NCBI RefSeq assembly: GCF_006345805.1
Contig: NC_043012.1
Location: 29,760,001-29,824,000 of the forward strand
Direction: 5' to 3'
From: Octopus sinensis
Taxonomy: Eukaryota
DNA length: 64,000 nucleotides
Shown: in pieces, positions 39,443-53,200 of the stretch
Layout of the letters: each line of letters starts with the position of its first letter
Numbering within the stretch: the first letter of the stretch is position 1
Position numbers and translations under genes: made by a program
The notes under the pieces: model-generated
Told to the model about the DNA's origin: nothing
Seen by the model: only the letters and a program-made list of their open reading frames with translations
Databases searched by the model: none

Positions 39443-40231
39443 TATATCATGTATATATATTATATATATATATATTATATATATATCATGTATATATATA
39501 TATTATATATATATCATGTATATATGTATATGGACATAAGTATTTTCTAAGCTTATAGTATGTATATGTGTATAACACACACAAACTCCTGCTCTTAAAT
39601 CTCCTACCTGCTTATTTTCCTAAAAAAAAATCAACAATATCACAAACTTTTGTTTTAATTATTGTAAAAAATATAATTAACAGTCACATTAATTATTCCA
39701 CAATAATTAACTGGAAACAATTAGAGTGCTGAAGGAATTAATTGGAATATTTTCTTTTTATTTACCAAGTGACACGTTGACCCCTACTCATTGTGATGTC
39801 ATTGTTTCTCATTTGATTATCTCATTTACTTGGGTTTGATATCTCATTAACAAAGAGGCCGGTAATGAACCCTGGCAGTTGGAAGGCCAAACCACCATTC
39901 ACTGATGCATAGGATTTTCTTGTTGAGCTTCTTCTGAGTATTTACTCTGCTGCATACTCAGTATTTTGAGTTACCACTCAGAAAGACTCTCTTCAGCTTC
40001 TACACAGATTATTTCTGTTTCCTACTGTAAACACACACACACACACACAGCACACACAGCCAGAAGTGGAGAGTAGGGAAATGTTTGATGGTGCTGGCTT
40101 TGGAAGAACAAAAGACAAGGTTGGTTTCGGCAGGATTGGAATTCAAAAGAAATGCTGCAAGATGCTTTTGCTTGATGAATTCATGAATCTGCCAATTCGC
40201 TGTGCTAATAATAATAATAATAATAATAATA

Positions 40232-40933
40232 ATAGCACAGGACCAAGTCAACTTTAGGAATGAGCAAGTGTCATCACTGTGCCGCATCTGTAATAGAGCG
40301 GATGAAACCATTGCCCATATCATGAACGAATGCCCTAGACTTGCCTAAAACCACTACAAGTTGTGGCAACATGACCAGGTAGCGAAAGTGCTACATTGGA
40401 AACTGTGCAAAGTGGGGCTAGAGAGAGGCAAGACGTGGTATGAGCACAAACCGCAGAGAGTTACAGAGTCGGAGACTAGCAAAATCCTCTGGGATTTCCC
40501 AGATCCAAACAGACCTGACCTAGTGGTGGTCACAAGGTGCACCACATATGCTATATACTTGATGTTGCATGCCCCTTTGACACACGAATAGTCAAGAAGG
40601 AAGGCAAAAAGATAAATACAACCCTCTTAAGTATGAAATAATCCAGCTATGGAAAATGAAGAAGGTGAAGATAATGTCAATTATTGTTGGGGGCCTTGGG
40701 AACAGTATCAGAAGACATTAAGAGGAATATAAAGGAAATTGGAATAGAGTGCCCAGTAGAATTGTTACAAAAGGTTTGCCTCCTTGGCATGGCCAGAATA
40801 ATCAGGAAAGTATTAGACAGCTGAAAAGAGCGAATAGCATGGTGCCGTAGGCTGCAGGTAGAAAGCCTGCTATGCATAGAAGACTCCGGGAGTTCCAAAA
40901 AGACCCACGAGAAAGAGAAAATAATAATAATAA
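40232..40933 (+). mobile_element. R4/Dong-clade non-LTR retrotransposon 3' end (CCHC plus restriction-like endonuclease)
   Basis: CRICNRADETIAHIMNEC, HDQVAKVLHWKLC, KILWDF..NRPDLVV, IIVGALGTV, LQKVCLLGMARIIRKVL* (TGA 40822-40824); (AAT)n on both sides. Confidence 0.85.
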
Positions 40934-42306
40934 TGGTTTTTCTGATAGGTCCATAGCCTGAGATTTTGGAAAGGAGATCATTCAATACCATTGACCCCAG
41001 TAATTGACTGGTCCTTGATTTTATTGTTCCCAAATGGATAGAAAGCATAGTTGAACTTCAGCAGGATTTGAACTTAGAACGTAGAGTGTCAGAAGAAAAA
41101 CTTTTGAGCATTTTATCAGACATGCTAACATTTCTCATTACTCATCACCTTAATTATAATAATAATAATAATTTCTGATTTTGGCTGAAGCTAGCAATTT
41201 TAAGGGAAGAGGCTTAATTAATAAACATCAACCTCTCATCCCTTATTATTTGAGTGGTGTCATATTTCTTTGACCCTTGAAAGGATGGAAAGCAAAGTCA
41301 ACCAAGACTTGATTTGATCTCAGAACAAATGCCACAGTCTGTTTTGTACGACACTCTACCGCTTCTGCTAATCTGTCACCTTTAGGGAATTGAATAAATT
41401 ATGATAATAAAGGAAGTAAACTTTTTGGTAATTAACATGAATGAAGTAATTTCTTTAATTAAGAGGATTGTATGCTTAGTTTTCAGGTTAAGCTGGACAC
41501 TAAAGTATTGTTAATAATTATCTTAACTATTTCTATATATGCAAATTTTGAGGAAGGGGTTTTAATTTGGTGTGTGTGTGTATACACATATGTCATAAGA
41601 ATTGTGTCAACTTTTCAAAGAACTTTGGATCTCGAAGCACATCACATTGTTATAAATAATAACGTGTATTCAACCCAATATTTACAGCTTTAGGTGATTT
41701 GCTTCAAGATTCAGTGTTCCCTCCAAAAAGGATATGTGTTTGTATTTATATAAATGTAAAAATCTGTATGTACTCCTGCATATACTTACTCAGATGCGTG
41801 TGTGTGGATGTATAATTCTCAAAGTCCACCTTTTGAAGGCAATTTATTAAATCAGTTTTAATTATCCGGTGGAAATATGTTACGCATTTAAGATTTTTTT
41901 CAAATAAACATTTGTTTTGTTTACATTTACGTGTATGTGTGTGTGCATATGTGTCTGTCTGTATGTATGTTTGTGTATAAAAGTTGATGATCTGATTCCA
42001 TGAACAACTCTGAGCATGGATGTATCTTATGTCATTTATAAAACAAAAAAAAATCTGAAAAAAATTGTTTTTTGTTACTATCCCTTCATGGGTTTTTCTT
42101 TCTTGTCCCCTATAATTGACTCTTAAATTTTGCTCAGATCTAATTATGTGACACGAAATTACTGATGATTTTTTTTCTTCTTTCCCAGCTTTTCTTTATA
42201 TTTTTCCCCCTCTCCTCAAATATACAAGGTGTTTTCAATTTATATCATTCATTATTTTTGGACATTTTTCATGCCAAACTACATTTTTTATATGTGTGTA
42301 TACATA

Positions 42307-42348
<42 letters not shown>

Positions 42349-42965
42349 GTATGTATATATATTTGTGTCTGTTGATCTATCTTATTTTGTCTGTCATTGA
42401 TACATGTCTACATGTACATGTCTACATATATAGTTAAATGTGTATATGTTTTGTATGCATACTGGATTTCTTTCATAGACTCCAATCTGCCTCTGAACAT
42501 CTGACAAGGTGGACATGTCCTACATGCCCATAAAACTTAAAGTAGTCTGGAGCTAAGTTAAATCATGATTAAATATAACACGTGTGTGTGTGTGTGTATA
42601 TATATATATATCATATGTGTGTGTGTGTATATATATGTATATGCATATACACACACATTGACATATATACGCACACGCATAATTGTGTGTATGTGTTTGC
42701 ACATTTTCCTACTCAGCTTTGTTCTCTTTGGTGTATGTCGTTTTCATTCTCTCCCTCTCTCTCTCTCTCTCTAAAACTCATCATCACTATTATAATCATC
42801 ACCATCTCCATATCTCTGTATCTGTTGCTATGGTATTAGAGTTTTGTACAAGGCACACTTATGCACCCATAACTAGATTTGAAATTAAGGGATAGAAATA
42901 TTCTGTGTGTGGTGGTGTGGCTGGTGGTGCTTTTATATATATATATATATATTTTCATGCACACA

Positions 42966-43014
<49 letters not shown>

Positions 43015-43029
43015 TAGTTCCATAAAATC

Positions 43030-43300
43030 ATGGTGATAATCCTCTCTACACTCTTTGTAAATGGTACAAATTGTAGATTGATTGGCACCAAACTCGCAGC
43101 CAGCAACAGAGAAGCTTCCCTCCCCATCGAGTTTCTTCATGAGCGTCTTTCCCTTCCACCTTTTCCTTGATAGAATACACTTGTCATCATTCAATTGTCT
43201 CTCTTTCCTTTTCCACCATCTTCATCAATGATGCCATAACCTTTACTGACCGTTCTTGACATGTTTCAGTTTAATTCCTCTTGTTGCTGCCAACTTTTTG
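43030..43300 (-). mobile_element. Possible pogo/Tigger transposase N-terminal (CENP-B-type HTH) remnant
   Basis: KRWKGKTLMKKLDGEGSFSVAGCEFGANQSTICTIYK resembles the CENP-B/pogo HTH. The adjacent segment recurs at ~52087-52350. Confidence 0.4.
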
Positions 43301-43347
43301 GATGATATGAGGTGGCTTCCTCTTTATATGTATGTAGTATATAGGTG

Positions 43348-43432
<85 letters not shown>

Positions 43433-44719
43433 ATAAATGTATACATGTATATAAGTACAAATACATACACATACGAGATACAAAAATATAAACACTGAAC
43501 ATGTGTTTGCGTTGGGCCTCTTCATATCTTTTCTATTCGCTGGTCCCATGTTAATGGATACGAGTACGTAAATATATAGAAAACAATTTTGTAACCTTAG
43601 AGAACAGTCAAGTAAACACAAACGGCAGTCAGTGCATTCTGGGTAGTGGAGTGGGGTACATTTTTGTGGTACAAGCAGAATCTTTCACTGATTGCTGACT
43701 TGGGTTATCACAAATCACTCCATGATAAGCATAACATGGTTCACTATTGAGCATACTGTGTTATCCTGGATCAGCAATGAGTGAATCGGTGATAAACAAG
43801 AACAGATGTATTTGTGTGTAAAGTCACTTGGTAACCCCACTGGTGTTGGTGCTGTGAATAAAGCACCCAGTCCACACTCTGTAAAGTGGTTGGCATTAGG
43901 AAGGGCATCCAGCCATAGAAACCATACCACAATAGACAAGTGGAGCCTGGTGCAGCTCTCTGGCTTGCCAGCTCCTGTTAAGCTGTCTAACCTATGCCAG
44001 AATGGGAAACAGAAAAACATGTTAAACGATGATGATATATATATATATACACACACACATACACACATAATAAATTAATAAGGAGAACAGAGGTTTATAT
44101 ATCCAGTTTTATTCTGCTGTCACATCTTTCCAACTTCACAGAACTTAGATAAGTTTTCTTGCCATAAAAGAACTTCGTGCCCTTGCTCCATCTTCTCAAC
44201 ATTTTGTTGTCAACTTTTTACCATTACTGACAGCATCAACCCCATCACCTTCCTTATCAACATCATTATCATTGTCATCATCATCATTATCATGCTGTTT
44301 GTACTTATTCCACAATTTCAAAACAGAATTTGGCCATGTTGCTTGAGCAGTTTTTATAATAGAGTGCACACAACACTACACACACACACACACCACACTC
44401 TCTCTCTCTCCCCCCATGAATATATATTGTTTACATCAAAAATTTAGAAACTCCAAGTGACTTTATCAGAGGAACTTGCAATTAAATTTTGGATTAAAAA
44501 AACCACTTTTGGATGGAAAAAGCTGAAGGGGTTTTTAACCAAATATTTACTTTATATATATACACAAACACACCATAATGAAACCCTTTACACACATGAA
44601 TACATATACATACACATTTAACATATACACAAATATATATTTGGCTGTAATGCTACATAAATGATTGGAGGGGCAACTATTTCGTGTATTGCACTTAATC
44701 CGTAGTTGTCAGTTTGAGC

Positions 44720-44805
44720 CACCTCATCTATATATATATACACATATATATAGATATATGTATGTATGTGTGTGTATATATATATATATGTATATATATG
44801 TATGT

Positions 44806-44846
<41 letters not shown>

Positions 44847-44929
44847 TATGTATGTATATAATATATATAGTATGTATATATATATATATGTATGTATATA
44901 ATATATATGTATATATATATGTATGTATG

Positions 44930-44961
<32 letters not shown>

Positions 44962-45110
44962 GTATGTATAATATATATATATATGTATATGTATGTATGT
45001 ATGTATATATATATATATGTATATATATATATGTATATATATTATATATATGTATATATATATATGTATGTATATATATATATGTATGTATATATATATA
45101 TATATGTATG

Positions 45111-45144
<34 letters not shown>

Positions 45145-45665
45145 TGTATGTATATATATTATGTATGTATATATATATATATATTATATATATGTATATA
45201 TATATATGTATAATATATATTATGTATATATATATGTATGTATATATATATATGTATGTATATATATATATGTATATATATATATATGTATGTATATATA
45301 TATATGTATGTATATATATATATGTATGTATGTATATATATATTATGTATTTATATATATTATGTATGTATTATATATATATGATGTATATGATATATAT
45401 ATGTATGTTATATATATATATATATGTATGTATATATATATATATATGTAATGTTATATATATATATATATATTTATGTATATATATATATGTATGTATT
45501 ATATATGTATGTATATATATATATATGTATGTAGTATATATGTAATATATAATATATATATATATGTATGTATATAGATATATATGATATATATTATATA
45601 TGTATGTATATATATATATGTATAATATATATATATTGTATGTATATATAGTATGTATATATATG

Positions 45666-45720
<55 letters not shown>

Positions 45721-45860
45721 TATGTATGTATGTATATATATGTATGTTATATATGTATGTATATATATTCTATATATATATGTATGTATATATATGTATA
45801 TATATATATATGTTATATAATGTATATATATGTATGTATATATATGTATATATATATATG

Positions 45861-45923
<63 letters not shown>

Positions 45924-45935
45924 GTATGTATGTAT

Positions 45936-45976
<41 letters not shown>

Positions 45977-46817
45977 TATATATGTATGTATATATATATG
46001 TATGTATATATATATGTATGTATATATATATGTATATATATATATGTATGTATATATATATGTATGTATGTATGTATGTATATATGTATGTATATATATA
46101 TATGTATGTATATATATATGTACGTATACTCTTTACTCTTTTACTTGTTTCAGTCATTTGATTGCGGCCATGCTGGAGCACTGCCTTTAATCGAGCAACT
46201 CGACCCCGGGACTTATTCTTTTTGTAAGCCCAGTACTTATTCTATCGGTCTCTTTTGCCGAACCGCTAAGTAACGGGGACATAAACTCACCAGCATCGGC
46301 TGTCAAGCAATGCTAGGGGGACAAACACACACACGCATATATATATATACATATATACGACGGGCTTCTTTCAGTTTCCGTCTACCAAATCCACTCACAA
46401 GGCTTTTGGCCGAGGCCGAGGCTATAGTAGAAAACACTTGCCCAAGGTGCCACGCAGTGGGACTGAACCCGGAACCATGTGGTTGGTAAACAAGGTACTA
46501 ACCACGCAGCCACACCTGTGCCTATATAATATATATGTATGTATGTATATATATATATATATGTATGTATGTATATATATATATATTATATGTATGTATG
46601 TATATATATATATATATATATGTATGTATATATATATATGTATGTATGTATGTATATATATATAGTATGTATACATATATTATGTATGTATGTATATATA
46701 TATATGTATGTATTATATATAATATATATGTATATATATATATGAGTAGTATATATATATATATGTATTATATATATATGTATTTATATATATGTATGTA
46801 TGTATAATATATGTATT

Positions 46818-46869
<52 letters not shown>

Positions 46870-47035
46870 TATGTATGTATATATATATATATGTATGTAT
46901 ATATATATATTGTATGTATACATATATATGTATGTATATAATATATATATGTATGTATATATATATATATGTATGTATTATATATATATATGTATGTATA
47001 TATATATATATATGTATGTATTATATATATGTATG

Positions 47036-47066
<31 letters not shown>

Positions 47067-47213
47067 GTGGTATATATATATATATGTATGTATATATATA
47101 TATGTATGTATATATATATATGTATGTATATATATAATGTATATATATATGTATATATATAGTATGTGTATATATATATATGTATATATATATATGTATA
47201 TATATATGTATGT

Positions 47214-47279
<66 letters not shown>

Positions 47280-47360
47280 TTATGTATGTATATATATATA
47301 TGGGAAGGGGTTGGTGACACACTTTCATTCACACTTTGAATTTGGTGATACTGTATGTAT

Positions 47361-47426
<66 letters not shown>

Positions 47427-47985
47427 GTATATACGTATGTATATTTATGTATGTATGTATATTTATGTATGTGTATATATATATATAATATGTATGTATA
47501 TATATATATATATATAATTATATATGTATGTATGTAATATATATATATATATATATGTATGTATATATATATGTATGTATATATATATATTATATATATG
47601 TATGTATATATATATGTATGTATATATATATAATATATGTATGTATATATATATGTATGTATGTATATATATGTATGTATGTATATATATATGTATATAT
47701 ATGTATGTATATAGATGTAATGTATTATGGTATATATATATATGTATTATATGTATGTATAATATATATATGTTATTATATATGTATATATATAGTATGT
47801 AATATATATATGTATATGTATGTATGTATGTATATATATGTAATATATGTAGTATATTATGTATATATATTTATGTATATGTATATATATGTATGTATAT
47901 GTATAGTATATATATGTATGTATATATATATATGTATGTATGTATATATATATATGTATGTATGTATATATATATATGTATGTAT

Positions 47986-48061
<76 letters not shown>

Positions 48062-48100
48062 TATTATATATATATGTATGTATATATATATATATGTATG

Positions 48101-48131
<31 letters not shown>

Positions 48132-48640
48132 ATATATGTATGTATATATGTATATATATGTATGTATATATGTATATATATGTATGTATATATGTATATA
48201 TATGTATGTATATATATATATGTATGTATGTATATATAATATATGTATGTATGTATATATAATATGTATGTATAATGTAATATATGTATGTATATATATA
48301 TATGTATGTATGTATATATTATATGTATGTATGTATATATTATATGTATGTATATATATATATAGTATGTATATATATATATGTATGTATATATATATTA
48401 TATATATATATATATGTATGTATATATTATATGTATGTATTATATATATATATATGTATGTATTATATATATATATGTATATATATATTATATGTATGTA
48501 TATATATATATGTATGTATATATATAGGTATGTATATATATATATATATGTATGTATATATATATATATATATGTATTTATATATATGTATGTATGTATA
48601 TATATATATATGTATGTATATATATATATATATATGTACG

Positions 48641-48676
<36 letters not shown>

Positions 48677-48720
48677 ACGTATATTATATATATATATATA
48701 TATTATATATATATACACAC
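44720..48720. repeat. ~4-kb compound (TA)n/(TATG)n microsatellite array
   Basis: Continuous degenerate TA/TATG repeats, interrupted only by a SINE (46127-46522) and a 52-bp unique island (47302-47353). Confidence 0.95.
46127..46522 (-). mobile_element. tRNA-derived SINE family A inserted in the giant TA array
   Basis: Near-identical to 21218-21610. Confidence 0.85.
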
Positions 48721-50242
48721 ACAAGCACTCAACCTAGAAGAAAATGCTGTCTTCCATGATCTATGAATTATATTCTGCTGAAAAATATCCACACCATTCC
48801 ACCATTCTTTATCATTTTTTTTTTCTCATAGAATGTTTCTTAACAAGCCTCACATCAAGCACATCTGCATGTCTCCAGTTAGCCAAAACCAATTCCTAAG
48901 ATGAAATCCTATCTCAAATGCTCTCTGCCTCCTCTTCTTTTATTTCTATCCAATCCTGCTTTATATGACCCTCCCCACTCAGATGTCATTCCAAATCCTA
49001 CTTTTTATGTGTATGTATTTCTCTCAACCTCTTGCTTATAATATTCTTTCATTCATAGGCTTTTTCTGGGTTTTTTTATCTCCTACCTATTCTATACACA
49101 CACACGCATATATATACATACATACTTAAATATATACACACGTGTATATATTGATAAATTTCTCCCATAACTTGACAAATTGCCAGGGGCTATTTTTGCT
49201 TCTTTCTTTTTAACTTTTGTACACACACACACACATGCAGTTATACATAGAGGACATGTGTATGTATTTTGTATTGTATAACAATGTTGTGTGTATGTAT
49301 GTATATATGCGTGCATGTCTGTGTGTGTGTGTACACACACTCTTTCATGTAGAAGTTGTTGAATGTGATACAAAAAAATGCATGCTTGAAATTGTCATAC
49401 ATTCTTCTCTCATCAAAACATTTTGTCTTTTCTCTCTTTTCCTCTTTTTTTCCTTCTCTTTTCTTAAAAAATATGGAGAAAAAATTATTTTTTAAAACCT
49501 ATTTAAGAAAAAAAAAGGTAAACCCTTTATAGAAAAGAAAAAAAGAAAAAAGTCTTGAAAACTTGAAGAATTGTTTGAAATCTTACTTTACAGCTCAAGA
49601 TTTTTGTCTCTCTTACTCTTGCTTTTTTTCTTTTTTGACTAAATGCTGTTCTTTCTTATGGATTAAAGAAAAATTGATGATTAATAATAATAATAATAAT
49701 AATAAAAGAAATAAATAGCACTCAGAAAAGGGAACCCCTCCCCCTACATGCAGACACACACACATACACATACTCACTCACCATAAAATATTATAATGCA
49801 TTCAATTTTCTAATTATCGTTTTCTCTTCAGCCTGTAATCTCATTAATATTTCGAGTGCCATGTTCTGAAATTGCATTCATTGTTCTTGAATTTTAATTT
49901 ACAATATTTTTTTTGTCCTTTTTCTTTTCTTTTCTTTTCTTTTTTTTTGTAATTGTTAAAGTATGTATTATTTTTTCTGATTTCAAATTTAAAACAAAAA
50001 TAATGGAATTTTAAATAATAATAAATTCAATCAAAACTGCATAATGAAGAAACAAATAAATACAACAGAATGAAGTCAAGGATATACATTCATATATATG
50101 ATGAAGATGATCATCATGATGATACGCATGCATGTGTGTATGTGTATATGAATATATATGAATATATATGTATATTGTGTGTGTGTGTATATATATATGC
50201 ACATATATATGTGTGTATGTGTGTGCACATGTGAAATTTTTA

Positions 50243-50273
<31 letters not shown>

Positions 50274-53200
50274 TTAATTCTAACACACGTATCCTCCCTC
50301 ACCCATTCTGTTCTGTTTCTAAAATCCGGTGCTGAGCTCATGTGCTAAACGTTGTCCACATATTGGTACGAGATAACTGCAGAGACAGAACCATCGTAAT
50401 TCTAGCAGGAATATGGATGCTGGCTGAAGACATTCCAAGCCAACATCTCTTTATCGCTACATAGCCATTTCATCATTTAGTTTCTTTTCTTTTAGAAAAG
50501 AAATTATTATGCCAATTGTATGCATATATGTCTGTATCTATCTATCTTTCTACCTGTCTGTCTGTCTATCTATCTGTGTGTGTGTGTTCATATGTTTATA
50601 TACATGTGCTTGTACAAAGCTAGGGTGTGTTTCACTCTGTCACTGTTCAGTTCCTGGTCTGCTGTGAAGCAGCAATAGACTTGAATATCAGTGAGAGAGT
50701 AAACCATTGACTCTACATCAGCTGTTTAGTACATACACACGCGCACACACACATATATATTTTTTAGAAGAGGCTGATAGCCAACCTTTGTAAAATGAAT
50801 TTTATATTCTACCTCAGCTTTTTGAATGTTTGATGTGTGTGTATAGGATTTTAAAACAATTTTAAACAATGCAACTTGTGTGTGTGTGTATGTGTCCAAG
50901 CATTGTATTGTAAAAGGTTTGGGCTTTGCATAATGTCATGCGCACACACACGCACACAAACACACACAGAGCTGGAGTCTTCCTTTTGTGCTGACATTTG
51001 TTTCCTCCCACCCTATCATTCTCTTCCCTTCTTGACAGTTTCAGAGTCAGGTGGGGGTGGGGCAGGGGAATGTTTCAATCTCGTTCCCAAATTTAAATCC
51101 TGCATAAACATTTCAGTCATCCAGGGGAAGCTGAGATTCTCTCTCTTGTTCTCGGTGTTATTGGACAGAATTTTTAGAATATTAAAATGAAATACCTTGT
51201 AGTATTTCTTCAAATTCTTTATGTTCTAAGGCCATGAAGAACCCACCTGTGAAGCTCTGCATTCAATGCTATCAACCCCTCCCCTCAAAATTACCAGCCT
51301 CATGCCATTATAATTGGCTGGACAAAATGCTGTGAAGCATTTTGTGTGTCACTGAAGTCGACTTTGCCTTTCATCCTTTTGGGGTCGATAAAATAAGTAC
51401 CAGTTATGCACTGGAGTCAATGAAATCGACTGGTCCCCTCCCCCAAAATTTCAGGCCTTGTGCTTATTGTAGAAAGGATTGTTGTTATTATAATAATTAT
51501 AATTATTATTATTGCTGTGATGCAGCAAGAAGTTTTGTCAGTGAAGAGGTCGCGGTCTCAAAGCGACAAAAATATTTTGACAAATTAAATTTAAATGTTG
51601 AAGTGAATCTAACGGTTTTTGTGTGTTTCTTAAATGGCTTATAAACACTTTACACGCTGCAATTGTTATTATTATTGTTTTATTCCAAAAAGATAAGTCA
51701 ACTTTGTGTTTCATCCTTTCGGGGTTGATAAGATAAGTACCAGTTATGTACTGGGGTCAATGTAATTGACTAGCTCTGCTCCCCACCAAGATTTCAGGCC
51801 TTGTGCCTATAGGGGAGAGGATTATTATTAGTGTGCTGGTGGTGGGATGTAATGATTTTTGTGTTGCTCTTTTAGATTTTCTACATCATTTTAATATTTT
51901 GGCTGGTGCTTTTCATCTTAGCTGTAAGGCAGGGAGGGTGGTGGGGTGGCCAGTTAGCTGTAGGAAAGTGGGGGAGTTAATTTAGCTGAAATTTAATTAT
52001 AAATGATTATCTTGCTAAAGGAGTGCTTATTCTCGAATGAATAAATAAATAAACAAGAATTGGACATCTTTGGCCCGAACAATGTCATCATTCAATTGTC
52101 TCTCTTCCCTTTTCCACCATCTTCATCAATGATGCCATAACCTTTACTGACCGTTCTTGACACGTTTCAGTTTAATTCCTCTCCCTGCCAACTTTACTTC
52201 TCTTTTGGGATGATATGAGGTGGCTTCCTCTTTATATGTATATAGGGGTGAATATATATATATATATATGTGTGTATATATAAATGTATACATGTATATA
52301 AGTACAAATACACACACACGATACAAAAATATAAACACCGAACATGTGCTAAAGCTCAATTCAATCAACTGTAACAAACTTATGGCCTTGTGCCAGTCTG
52401 CCAAACTATTATTATTATTAATTAATTTCATAATGATCCAGCATGTTAATTAACAAAAGACTCACTGACAAGATTTTGTGAAACCAGTCCCACTTTTTCA
52501 ATTCTTGTTACATTTTTTTTTTATTATTATTATTATTATATTATTATTTAGCTTGGTGGAATGGCAGAAAATCCTTAGAGCTTTGGACCAAATGCCTTGC
52601 AGTATTTTGCTCCGGCTCTTTACATTTTGAGTTCAAATTCTGCTATGGTTAACTTTGCCTTCCATCCCGCCAGGTTCTATAAATTTCCAGTCAAGTACTG
52701 GAGTTGATTTAATCGCCTGCACCCTTCCCTTCAAATTTCAAGCCTTGTCTCCATGTTAGCAACATTGTTATTAATTATTATTATTAATTATTCTTAGTAA
52801 ATGAAGTGGCCAAGTAGGTGAGATGTTGAACTTGCAACTGCTTGTTTGTGGGTTCATTTCCCACTTACAACTGTTGGCATTTCATTTTGTGTCGTTGGGC
52901 AGGATACTTAAAATCTATGTGCCTCACTTTGTCCAGCTGAGCATTAGAGATTTCTTATGATGCCAGAGGGTAGACGCTGAATGAGAGAGACTGTTGTTGT
53001 CTTAGCCAGCCAGAGGCAGACCCTTGTCTCTCCTCTGCTAAATGCTAATAAAACCTGGATCTATGAAGACGTGTGACCGACTTTCTATATTTCTGTGCTT
53101 TGTTTGTAGAAATTGTCTATTATTGTTGCACTTTTGGAATTTTGGGAGATAAAAAAATGGTATTTCTATAAAGCTAATTTACCATGATGCATTGTGCCTT

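Noticed and set aside
44665-48766. Long ORFs rich in Y/I/M/C/V (also at 4943-5960, 12440-12735, 21021-22935, 38076-38502)
   Set aside because: They are translations of TA/TATG/GATA microsatellites, which lack stops in some frames; there is no coding signal.
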